A stretch of 64,000 nt of DNA, from assembly GCF_963921235.1 (NCBI RefSeq), contig NC_086110.1:744001-808000 (forward strand), given 5' to 3'. Of the stretch, positions 1 through 10,574 are shown in pieces. A program made the translations under genes and the position numbers. This DNA comes from Mobula hypostoma. Taxonomy: Eukaryota. How positions within the stretch are numbered: the first letter of the stretch is position 1; every line of letters begins with the position of its first letter. Below the pieces are notes generated by a model. It had not been told where the DNA came from, made no database searches, and saw nothing but the letters and a program-made list of their open reading frames with translations.

Positions 1-950
1 CGAGAATAATAAAATGCTATGACAGGTTGGCCATGATTAGACTGTACTCCTGCCTCAGCAAGGATCTGCACCCATTACAATTTTCCTATCGCCACAACAG
101 CTCAACGGCAGACGCAAGTTCAATGGCTATCCACACCGCTTTCGACCACCTGGCCAGCACAAACACCTACGTCGGGATGCTGTTCGTCGATTAAAGCTGA
201 GTATTGAATGCAAACATTCCCACAATCCTGATTGAGAAGTTGCAGAACCAGGGCCTCTGTACCCCTGCAATTGGATCCTCGGCTTCCTAACTGGAAGAAC
301 ACAATCTGTGAGGATTGGTGATAATCAATCCTCCTCGCTGGCGATCAACACTTACGCACCTCAGCGGTGTGAGCTTAGTCCACTGCTCTGCTCTCTATAT
401 ACATATGACAATGTGGCTTGGAATAGTTCAGATCCCAGGTATAAATTTGCTGACGATACAACTGTTGTTGGTAGAATCTCGGGTAGTGACGAGAGGGCGT
501 ACATGAGTGCGATATGCCAACTAGTGGAGTAGTGCCGCTACAACAATCTGGCACTCAACGTCAAACAGCTGCTTGTGGAAATCAGGAAGGGCAAGACGAA
601 GGAACACATACAAATCCTCATAGAGGAATCAGAAGTGGAGAGATTGAACAGTTTCAAGTTCTTGGGTGTTAAGATCTCTGAGGAGCTAACCTGGTCCCAA
701 CATATTGATGTAGTTATCAAGAAAGCAAGAGAGCGTCTATACTATATTAGGAGTATGAGGAGATTTGGCAAATCAATAAATACACTCAAAATCTTCCATA
801 GTGTACTTTGGAGAACATTCTGACAGGCTGCATCTCTGTCTGGTATGGGGGTGGGGGGCGCTACTACACAGGACCAAAACAAGTTGCAGAGGGTTGTAAA
901 TCTGCCAGCTCCATCTTGGGTATTAGCCTAAAAAAATAACCAGGACATTC
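1..950 (+). mobile_element. Degraded Rex1/Babar non-LTR retrotransposon, RT region
   Basis: Fragments [41 protein letters not shown] and FKFLGVKISEELTWSQH, broken by stops and frameshifts. Confidence 0.85.
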
Positions 951-959
951 TAAGGTACC

Positions 960-1467
960 GGCCAAACTTAAGAAATCTCGTTTGGGTGGATGCTGCGTGA
1001 TGTGTCCCTTGTCACAAATCAGTACCCCAAAATAACAAGCAGTACACCAAATTCGATTAAATGATTAAGCTTTATAACTCTTACTTTGACTATGTGATCA
1101 ATAGAGAAACAAAATATAAAAGAAAATGGGGCGAATCTTATTAAACAGTCTGTATAGAACTGTTGGAGCTCACTCAGTAGTCTTCCTTCCACCATTCGAT
1201 CTCCTCCGAGTGTAACCGACCTTCGGACCACCAGTTGCAGTCCACTGTGTCTGGCGGCCTATCGAATCTCAGCATTCGCGTCTTCTCTCTTCATCCTTCT
1301 CTCACCCTCTAACATACACCCACTAAACCAACAGCTTCCAGAATTAACAGACAGGCAACAGAATCCTGATTGGCTAACGTGCATAACTATCTCCAGCCAT
1401 AACCCAAACATTTCTGCTACAGAGAAACCGTTACATCAGCAGTGAACATTACAGAGAAGCCATTACA
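960..1467 (-). mobile_element. LTR copy of the same family as the interrupted LTR at 2448-6200, in opposite orientation
   Basis: On minus it reads TGTAATGG from 1467. It shares tctgtagcag..tgtttgggttatg..gagata with 2518-2553, and 980-1080 is an imperfect reverse complement of 6050-6150. Confidence 0.55.
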
Positions 1468-1553
1468 TTAGCATTGGCAGTGAAACATGACAAAGAAGCC
1501 ATTACGGACGTTTTAAAATATATTCATTATATGTGTACTGCAATTCATTTACC

Positions 1554-1738
1554 NNNNNNNNNNNNNNNNNNNNNNNNNNNNNNNNNNNNNNNNNNNNNNN
1601 NNNNNNNNNNNNNNNNNNNNNNNNNNNNNNNNNNNNNNNNNNNNNNNNNNNNNNNNNNNNNNNNNNNNNNNNNNNNNNNNNNNNNNNNNNNNNNNNNNNN
1701 NNNNNNNNNNNNNNNNNNNNNNNNNNNNNNNNNNNNNN
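1554..1738. other. Assembly gap (185 N)
   Basis: Run of N in the sequence. Confidence 1.
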
Positions 1739-1818
1739 TTGCATTGAACTGCTGCTGTAAGTTAACAAATTTCACGTCACCTGCCGGAGTTAATAAACCT
1801 GATTCTGATTCTGATTCT
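1739..1818 (+). mobile_element. 3' tail of a Rex1/Babar-type element ending in (GATTCT)n
   Basis: aataaacctgattctgattctgattct. The same tail occurs at about 24420-24437 and 45338-45355, at the ends of Rex-like copies. Confidence 0.6.
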
Positions 1819-2029
1819 ACTGTTGTCCATTGTTCAGGAAAGGCTACGGTAACACTTGGCAAAACATATTTTGCTTCCTTAATACCTTCGTATGCACCTT
1901 ATGGACTTTACGCTACTGATTATGAAAATCACCATGTTTTTTTCTTTTTTTATCACGTGTTATTCTTTGGAAGTTGCCAATTCATTGTTCAAGACAACGA
2001 AAGTGTTACCTACTATGTAAGGAGGCACA

Positions 2030-2737
2030 TTTGGTGAAATCTTGGGCGGGGGGTGGGGTGATTTTGTGGGATTGGTCTTTCTGTAGACAGCCTGGGGACT
2101 GGGATTCAACTGTACCATGCAAGGGAAGAAGCGAGCTCAGCCGAGGGACAGAGCTGCAGGAGGGTACGGGGAGAGTCCTCACCAGGTAGAACAGAAGTAC
2201 CCCAGGTAGTGTTGGAACCTGAAGGGGTAGATCAGCGGGTAGAGAGGTCTCAAAGAATCAGGCGACCACCGAATAGTCTGGTCCATGTAGCACCGAGGGA
2301 ACAAAATGTGGCACTTAACACCTTGGGGAGCTATGTCACTGCCTTTTACACCTGGGTTGGACGTTGTGATTTGCATGAAGGGTTGGCAATTTATCTTAAT
2401 GTCATGAGGACATTACTAAATTTGGTGGGGTGGGGGGGGGGGGGAAGCGTACCACCATAGGAAACGTTTAGCTTCTAGTGTAATGGTCTTTAGCAGCACT
2501 GCCAAAGTATTGGTCTTTCTGTAGCAGCGGTGTTTGGGTTATGTTTAGAGATAACGGAGGCTTTGGAGTGTGAGACGTTCAATTTTGGGAGGGTTGTTCT
2601 GCCTGTGTGCCTGACACCGAAATGACCTGGGTCTGTTTTCGGTGGAAGACGAAGAGAGGAGACACGAGAAAGGAGAGGTCGTAGACACCTGAAAGGAATG
2701 GAGATGAAGCGGTGCCGGCAATCAACGAAGCCCGGGG
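2030..2737 (+). mobile_element. Gypsy element 3' end: integrase C-terminal tail, polypurine tract and first part of the 3' LTR
   Basis: ERSQRIRRPPNSL resembles the integrase-tail motif. G-rich PPT at 2432-2447. The LTR from about 2448 is interrupted at 2737 and resumes at 5920. Confidence 0.55.
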
Positions 2738-5700
2738 TGTCATGGTCCGGATGGGGGTCCCTTTAAAATTACCTTGTTTATGTTACGATCCGGCCGTTAA
2801 TTCCCTGTTCTCCCGTGTCCCTTGACTTTGGCTATTAGAGGCAATACACACTCGGCTGAACTGGTAGTTTATAGTCCCGGCTTTCAGCCGTTCGGCGCGG
2901 GAGCGTCTGCAAAGTCATACAAGGTACGGTGTGCAGCTGTCATCTGGCCGGAGCAAACCTGGTCTCTGCCGAAGCGAGTGCCAGTAATTCGCCTCTCCTC
3001 ACCGGAGCAAACTTGTCCAGTTACCTCGCCAATGCGAGCCTGAAAAGTTTCCTCACCCTGATGGGTCCGTCAGTTATCCCGCCGGAGGGATTCAACAATC
3101 GCTGTTTACTGTTCCCGGGCCAAGTCGAGAACTCGCCACTACCCGGTGGCTCCAAATCAAGTCCTGTTTCCGGTGGCAGTCAAGCTCCAATTCAAGTCCT
3201 CTTTCGGGCGGCATTCAAGCACCAAGTCAAGTCCTACTGGCGGCATTCAATCCACCAAGTCAAGTCCTGGTCCAGGCGGCATTCAAGCACCAAGTCAAGT
3301 CCTGGCCATTGCGGCATTCAAGCACCATGTCAAGTCCTGTCCATGGCGGCATTCAAGCACCAAGTCAAGTCCTGGCACTGGCGGCATTCAAACACCAAGC
3401 CAAGTCCTGTCCATGGCGGCATTGAAGCACCAAGTCAAGTCTTGGCCCTGACGGCATTCAAGCACCAAGTCAAGTCCTGGTCCTGGTGGCTTCCCAGTTC
3501 TGAGTCAAGTCCTGTCCCTGGCGGTCTGTGATTCCTGTCCTACCCACTTGTCTGAATCCCTCCTCTGGTCCGCTCGCCTCTCGCCGTCGTCTGCAGCCCC
3601 GACCTGCACTTCGGTCTAATTCCATCATCGGAGCTAGATAGGTACTGTCTGGTGTTCATTCGTGTTGTCCTTTACCTGCCTTGTCCTCGCCTCCGTGGGG
3701 TAAGACAGGCCGTCGTACCGTTGCTCCGCGGGGGGACATGACGTGTCTTGTCTGGTCTTCGCCTCCGGGAGAGCAAGTCTGGCCGTCTTGCCGTTGCCCC
3801 GCGGAGGTTCACGAGTCCCTGCCCTATGTCCTGTACCCAAGGAGGTGTCCCGGCTCTCTGTTCTGTGTGCGAGTCCCAGCCCTATATCCTGTACCCAAGG
3901 AGGGGTCCCGGCTCTCTGCTCTGTGTGTGAGTCCCGGACCTATGTCCTTTACCGAAGCGGGGGTCCCGACTCTGTGCTCTGTGTTTGTGTCCATGGTTCC
4001 ATGTACCTGCTCCCCGAGATCAAGGCTCTGTGTTCCCATGTTCCTCCCCTCCCTAACCCATGTCATGTCCTTGCCTGGTTATGGGGTCCGAGCCCGAGGC
4101 AAGAGCCAGGTACAGGGTCCTTGCCCAGTCTCTGGCTCGGAGTCCATACCCTAGCCTCTTCATGTCTCCTCTAGTTCTGGGAGCCGATTCCAAGTCAAGC
4201 CCAGACCCTTAGTCCCAGCCCAGTAGTAATCCTGATTCCCTGTCCAGTCGCTAATCCTGCTCCTGCCTTGCTCTCCTGGGATCGAACAATAAACTAAATT
4301 TAAGTACCCTCACAAGATGTGTCTTGCATTTGCGTCCACCCTTGCTCCCAAAGCCCCTGCCAAAGTGATAGAACGCTCCAGCCAAGCATGGACCCAGCAG
4401 ACACAAACTGTTTTCCAAACACTTGTCAGCCTGAAAGTCAAGGTGTTGTTGTTCTGTTTTGCCCACCGGCCAAAATCTCCCCCCCCCCCCCGCGCCTCCC
4501 GGGTCATGGATAATGCAGGCAAATCTGTTGGTCGCCTGGAAGTTCCCATTGGGAGGAGGTTACTGTCATGGTCAGGATCGGGGTCCCTTTAAAATTACCT
4601 TGTTTACGTTAAGATCTGGACCTTTGATTCCTTGTTTTCCCGTGTCCCTCGACTTTGGTGATTAGAGGCAATTAACACTCGGCTGAACCGGTATATTATA
4701 GTCTCCGGCATTCAGTCGTTCGCCGCGGGACCGTCTGCAAACTCATCCAAGGTACGGTGTGCCAATGTCATCTGGCCAGAGCAAGCCTACTCTCAGCCGA
4801 AGCGAGTGCCGGTAATTCGCCTCTCCTCACCGGAGCAACCCTGTCCCGTTACCTCGCCAAAGCAAGCCTGCAAAGTTTCCTCACCGAGGTGGGTCCTTCA
4901 TTTAACCCGCTGGAGGGAATCAAGAACCGCTGTCTACTGACCCGGGCCGAGTCGAGAGCTCGCCACTACCCGGTGGCTCCAAGTCAAGTCCTGGCTCCGG
5001 CAGCATTCAAGATCCAAGTCAAGTCCTGGCTCTGGCGGCATTCAAGCACCAAGTCAAGTCCTCTTCCTGGAGGCATTCAAGCACTAAGTGAAGTCCTGTC
5101 CCTGGCGGGTTCCCAGTTCTGCGTCAAGCCCTAGCCCTGGCGATCTGTGATTCCTGTCCTACCCCCTTGTCTGAATCCCTCGTCTGCCCCTCTTGCCTCT
5201 AGCCCTAGTCTGCAGTTCCCTCCTGCACTTCGGCCTAGTTCCATCACCGGAGCTAGATAGGTACAGTCTGGTGTTCATTCGTGCTGGTCTTGTCTTGTCT
5301 TGTCCTCCCCTCCGTGGGGTAAGTCAGGCCGTCTTGCCGTTGCTCAGCGTGGGTCATGTTCCGCCTTGTCCTCGCCTCCGCGGGGTAATTCAGGCCGTTT
5401 TGTCGTTGCCCCGAGTAGGGTGTTGAGTCCCGGCCCTATGTCCTGTACCAAAGGAGGAGTCCCGGCTCTCTGTTCTGTGTGTGAGTCCCGGCTCTCTGTC
5501 CTGTACCGAAGCGGGGGTCCCGACTCTGTGTTCTGTGTATGTGTCCATGCTTTCATGTACCTGCTCCCCGAGACCAAGGCTCTGTGTTCCCATATTCCTC
5601 TCCTCCCTAGCCCATGTCATGGCCTTGCCTGGTCCGAGACCGAGGCAAGACCCAGGTACAGGGACCCTGCCCACTCTCTGACTCGGAGTCCATGCCCTAG

Positions 5701-5919
5701 CCACTTCATGTCTCCTCTAGTCCTGAGAACCGATTACGAGTCCAAGCCCAGACCCTTGGTCCCAGCCTAGTAGTAGTCCTCAGTCCTTGTCCAGTTCGTT
5801 ATTTCCTGCTCCTGCCTTGCTCTCCTGGTATCAAATAATAAACTAAATCTAAGTAACCTCACAAGATGTGTTTTGCATTTGGGTCCACCCTTGCTCCCAA
5901 AGCCCCCGCCAATGTGACA
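2738..5919 (+). mobile_element. Non-autonomous (internally deleted) LTR retroelement: LTR1 2738-4370, internal 4371-4563, LTR2 4564-5919
   Basis: Both LTRs start TGTCATGG and end GTGA(T/C)A, with homologous sequence throughout. The internal part carries a gag-like start ATGGACCCAGCAGAC (MDPAD) and a PPT gggaggagg before LTR2. Flanks are CGGGG and CTGGG, a near 5-bp TSD. Confidence 0.8.
3172..3520 (+). repeat. Minisatellite of ~35-bp units (GGCGGCATTCAAGCACCAAGTCAAGTCCTG...) inside LTR1
   Basis: About 9-10 adjacent units. Only about 3-4 units occur at the matching site in LTR2 (~4975-5100). Confidence 0.9.
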
Positions 5920-6200
5920 CTGGGAAATTGGTGGAGAACCAGCGGAAGGAATACTGTGAGCTCCAACTTGTATACAATAGATTATTTCATTAAAATTGGC
6001 CTTTTTTTCTTTTTGTTTTACTTAACTAACAGTTAAGTAAACTAAACAATTATAAAGCTAAATGGTTTAATTCCATTTGGTAAACTGTCAGTTATTTCGT
6101 GGTACTGATTTCTAACAGGCTGACACATCACGCAACATCCAAACAAACAGGTGGATTTGCACCTCAATCTCTCACGTTTGGTGGGACTAGAGATTGTCTT
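5920..6200 (+). mobile_element. Remainder of the Gypsy LTR interrupted at 2737
   Basis: Reverse-complement similarity to the 980-1080 part of the minus-strand LTR copy. End position approximate. Confidence 0.45.
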
Positions 6201-6354
6201 CCATAGAATTACGCACTTGGCAGAAGCTGAGGATTACACTTAAAGGTCGGAATTCACGAATTTGTCCATAATTATGCAGACGGCAAGAAGATAGGTGGAG
6301 AAGCAGGTCGTTTTGAGGAAGTAGGTATGCTACAGAAGATTAATGTCATACGTG

Positions 6355-6720
6355 GGCGCTGTCAACGGACCCAAAAGCAAGACACGGATATTGAACTACT
6401 ATCAACAGTACTAGGTTAATCAAGGAAGCAAGAGAAGTGGGGAAGAAAGGATGCTGGACATGACACAGGCCCTGGGCGAGACAAAGATCTAGGGCCTGGG
6501 CTGACGAGGGTAGTGGAACCAGGACATGGAACTAGGAACTAGGAGCCTGGGCTTGAACTCCGAGCCAGAGGCTGGATAAGGACCCAAAACATAGGTCTTG
6601 ACTCGGGTTTGGACCTCGGATCTAACAGGAGACATGACGAGGCTTGCGTTCTTCGGGGCTAGGGTACTTCGAGGCTTGGGTATGGACTCTGAGCCAGAGA
6701 CTGGGGTAAGTCCCAAAACA
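6355..6720 (-). mobile_element. LTR 3' fragment related to the 26748-28233 and 2738-5919 LTR families
   Basis: Reverse complement contains gtcc..tccagcctctggctcggagttcaagcccaggctcctagttc, as in the other LTRs. Confidence 0.65.
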
Positions 6721-7019
6721 TGTCGGATTGAATGTAAGAAAACAATTTCCTCTGCATTCACAAGAGTTGCAATGCAATTTCATTAAGCACCTCAACGAAA
6801 AACTTGTCCTGTTGAAGGAAAGATTCATGTCCAGTCTTGTTTGTACATTTGTTATTCTTGACATGGCCTCTCTGAATCGGCAAAAAAAAATCAATTTCGG
6901 GTAAACCAATAGTTGAGCGGTGCATCGGCAATTTGTCGCCACCGCACTTCTTCATCTTCCTGATTTCCGGCAAGTCAATTCTCTTCCAAAACCGATCAGT
7001 CTGATATAAACACAACGGG

Positions 7020-7640
7020 CTGTGCAGATGCTGGAAATCCAAATCATCACACAAAAAGTTATGGGGGAACGCAGTAGGCCAGGCATAGGCAAATTAATAA
7101 TGGATGTTTCAGGCCTAGACCTTACGTCAAGACTGGAAAGGAGGGTGATGAAGCGAGGCTAAGAAGGTTCGAGTGAGCAAAGAGACTGGCTAGAAGATGA
7201 AACTACCTGGGTGGTGAAGGAAGCATACAACAGGTGAATCAATTCGTTTGTTCTGGAGAAAATGCCAAGAAGGAGGTTACAGCGTGGGACTGATAGACAA
7301 GGGAAATACGAATGGAGAGATTATTGGGGTAATCGGAGATCGGTGGGTGTGGGTCAGGTAAGGAGGAGTCTTGTGGTAAGGTTCAGTAGAAGATCCAGGC
7401 GGTTGCAGAGAGTAATGTGTTGGATGCAAAGCCTACTGGGGTAGTAGAGGCGTGAAAAGGAAGTCTATCTTGTTAAGATGGCGAGATGGTGGGGTGAGGG
7501 CGAATGTTCGAGAAATGCAGGACCCAAGAAGGGCAGGGTCAGTTCGCTCAAGGACTATCTCCCAGTTGCACTGAAACTTATCGTCCCGCAGTGCTATGAG
7601 AGTTTGGCTGTGGCCTGAACCAATTCCTTCCTTAGCATTG
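7020..7640 (-). mobile_element. Degraded Penelope-like element, 3' part and terminal repeat
   Basis: 7020-7135 is reverse-complementary to the terminus at 9270-9393 (tccagcatctgca.., ..cctgaaac). Confidence 0.65.
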
Positions 7641-7689
7641 AGCTTGACCGGCTGAAATTTGCCAATTGCCACAATATGTCTGCAGTTAA

Positions 7690-8100
7690 TCTATTATCAT
7701 TGGTTTGGCCTTGGATCATCTGAACACTAACAATACCCACGTTAGCTTGCTGTTTATTGATTACTCATCAGAATACAACAACATCATATTCTCAGTACTT
7801 GTCAACAATTCCAACGCCTGGACCTCTGTACGTCCTTCTGCAAGTGGACTCTTCACTTACTCATCAGATTACCGCATTCAGTGGGGATCGAAAATAGTTA
7901 TCACTGACGATTAATGCTGGTATATATCAAATGTTCGTGTACAGCCCACTGTAGAATTGTCTCGTTCTGCATTTATGACCGTGAGATTAAACACAGCAAT
8001 TTTTAAATGGTGAAGGGGAGGCGTACAGGAGTGACATAGATCAGTTTCTTCAGTGATGTAGCAGCAACAAACTTCCACTTAATATCACTGAGACAAAGGA
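7690..8100 (+). mobile_element. Rex1/Babar RT fragment
   Basis: LDHLNTNNTHVSLLFIDYSSEYNNII matches the same RT segment as 1-950. Confidence 0.65.
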
Positions 8101-9393
8101 TTCCTCTTCCCATCCTGTCACTTGTAAAAATGCCATCAACTTCATTGGATTACCCCGTCTCCACCGCACCTGCTGTCAGAATGAGGCGTTTTATTCCAAG
8201 ACGAAGGTGATGTCTTCCTTTATTAAAGCAAGGATATTCCCTTCCTCCACCATGAACTCTGCCATCAAACGCATCTTCCTATTTCACGCACATCTGCTGT
8301 CACCCTATCCTCCCGCCACCCCAGTAGAGATAGGGTTTCTCTTGTCCGGACCTACCATCCATCCAGCCTCCGTGTCCAACATATAATTCTCCGTAACGTC
8401 CGCCATCTCCAACGGGATCCCACCGCCAAGCACATATTTCCCTACCCCTCCCCACTTTCTACTTTCCGCAGGGATCGCTCCCTACGCGACTCCCTTGCCA
8501 TTTCTACCCCGCTATACCCCATCCCTTCCTACCGATCTCCCTCTTGCCACTTATCCTTGTAAGCGGAACAATTGCGACCATTACCCTTCCTCCCTCACCA
8601 CCATTCAGGGCCCCAGACAGTCCTTCCTGGTGAGGCGACAGTTCACTTGTCAGTCTGCCGGTGTGATATACTGTGCCCGGTGCTCCCGGTGTGGCCCTCT
8701 ATATATTTGTGAGACCCGACGCAAATTGAGAGATCGCTTCACTAGACATCTTTGCTCTAGCCGCCAGAGGAAGCAGGATTTCCCAGTGGCCCTCTCATGT
8801 TAATTCCACGTCCCATTCCAATTATGATATGTGAATCCGTACCCTCCTCTATGTCGAGATGAAACCACACTGAGGCTGGAGGAAGAACCTTATATTCGGT
8901 CTGGGTTGCCTCCAAACTGATGGCATGAACATTGATTTTTCTAACTTCCGTTAATGCCCCTCCTCCACTTCTAACCCCATTCCTATTTAGTAATGAATTT
9001 GTTTGTTTGTTTGTTTATTTATTTCTTTCTCTTTCCCTCTCATAATAATTCCTTTCCTGTTCTCCATCTTCCTCTGGTGCTCCCTTCCCCTTTCTTTCTT
9101 TCAAGGACTTCCGCCCATGATATTCTCCCTTCTCCAGCCTTGTATCCCTTTAGCCAATCAACTTCCTTGCTCTTGGTTTCATCCCTCACCTTTCTGTGTT
9201 CTATTATGATTTGGGGTCTCCCCTTCCCCCTCCCACTTTCTAATTTTTTACTATCTCTTTTTTCCGTTAGTCCTGATGCGACCCGAAACGTCAGCTGTAC
9301 TTCTTCCTATAGATATTGCCTGGCCTGATGGGTTCCACGAGCATTTTGTGTGTGTTGCTTGAATTTCCAGCATCTGCAGATGTTTTCGTGTTT
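8100..9393 (+). mobile_element. Penelope-like element with a GIY-YIG endonuclease remnant and terminal repeat
   Basis: ORF 8495..8803 contains FTCQSAGVIYCARCSRCGPLYICETRRKLRDRFTRH, the Penelope GIY-YIG/CCHH pattern. The terminus ends ..ccagcatctgcagatgttttcgtgttt. Confidence 0.85.
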
Positions 9394-10574
9394 GTGTTAT
9401 TGAGCAATCTAGCAGAGCACTGGGCCATTGGTGCAATAGCCGAAATTTGAAATCACTGTTTATAACAGTGATTGTAATTGATGTTTTTGTTTCTTATTGT
9501 CACATATTCCGAGGTACGGGAAGATACTTGCCTGCCTGTTCTTTATAGAGATTAATTCAATTAATTTATATTACAATTGTGGAAGAATTTAAGACTCTTT
9601 GCATATGTCGGTATTAATCTATTCGATTGCGAATGCTCTTAGAATTTATCAAAAAGTCCTTGTACGTCTTAGAATCTAGACCTTGCTAAAGTCTAAACAA
9701 GAATGCTATGGCACCACATTTACGTCTCTCTCCTGTTTGTTGAACATCTAGTCCTAAATTCAAAGTCAAGCAATATTACTGTTAAGTGTTTTTAATCACG
9801 TACGCTGTGCCTATATAATAAAGCGGGTCTGCAAGATCAACACTGCTCCGAAGCACAGCTCTTAGCTGGAAGAAGGCTGTACATGATATCATGCAATAAA
9901 GTCCTCTAGTCTGAAACAACTCTCTGAGTCGGCCTGATCTATTTTGTCTGCTGAACCTGAGATTTTTTTTTCCCGTAACAATGATAGTTAAATATACTTG
10001 AATATAGCAAATGTAAGCTCATTAATGGTAAAGACAAAACTGTCCGATTTTCAGAAAAGAAAACCTGTCTATACGTATCTCCACCCGAGAAAGCTTTTAA
10101 GTTCTTCTACAGTTCAGAAGCATTTATGGTTAAACAATTAATACATTCTCCATGATGTGAACCACTCGTGAACAAATTACAATGAATATTCAAACAGTTT
10201 GGAAATAGCCTTCAATTTACTTTGCATCCTTTTCTATGAAATAAATGATATTTCTGCAACGGTGATGCCAGTTGTTTTTATTATTAACAGGTGGTCGCCA
10301 CAAAGTGGTGGGATAACACTATGCATACTGTTACGAATTTTAACGGTTTAGAAATAAACCAGCAGCAACAGATTTGACACTGAGATTCCACACCTAAATT
10401 AACTTCAAAATGATAAGAGGGATGAATTGTGGCGTTTCTGAGCGACAATAGACATGAAATCAGCATTTTTTAAATCCCCCAATGGACAATTAAAGCCAAA
10501 TCAGTAGTTTCTGCAAAATGGAAAATATAATTTCCTAGCACATACCAAATGTTGGACGAACTCAACAATCGATG

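Noticed and set aside
1474-2037. ORFs of 75-187 aa around 1.5-2.0 kb
   Set aside because: They are artefacts of translating through the 185-N gap.
3172-3520. ~35-bp repeats resembling a CRISPR array
   Set aside because: Units are adjacent with no unique spacers, they sit inside an LTR, there are no cas genes, and the DNA is vertebrate.
2822-5770. Many 100-200 aa ORFs (e.g. 2929..3531, 3681..4154, 5300..5770) and 27420..28061
   Set aside because: They are low-complexity translations of GC-rich tandem repeats inside LTRs with no protein motifs.
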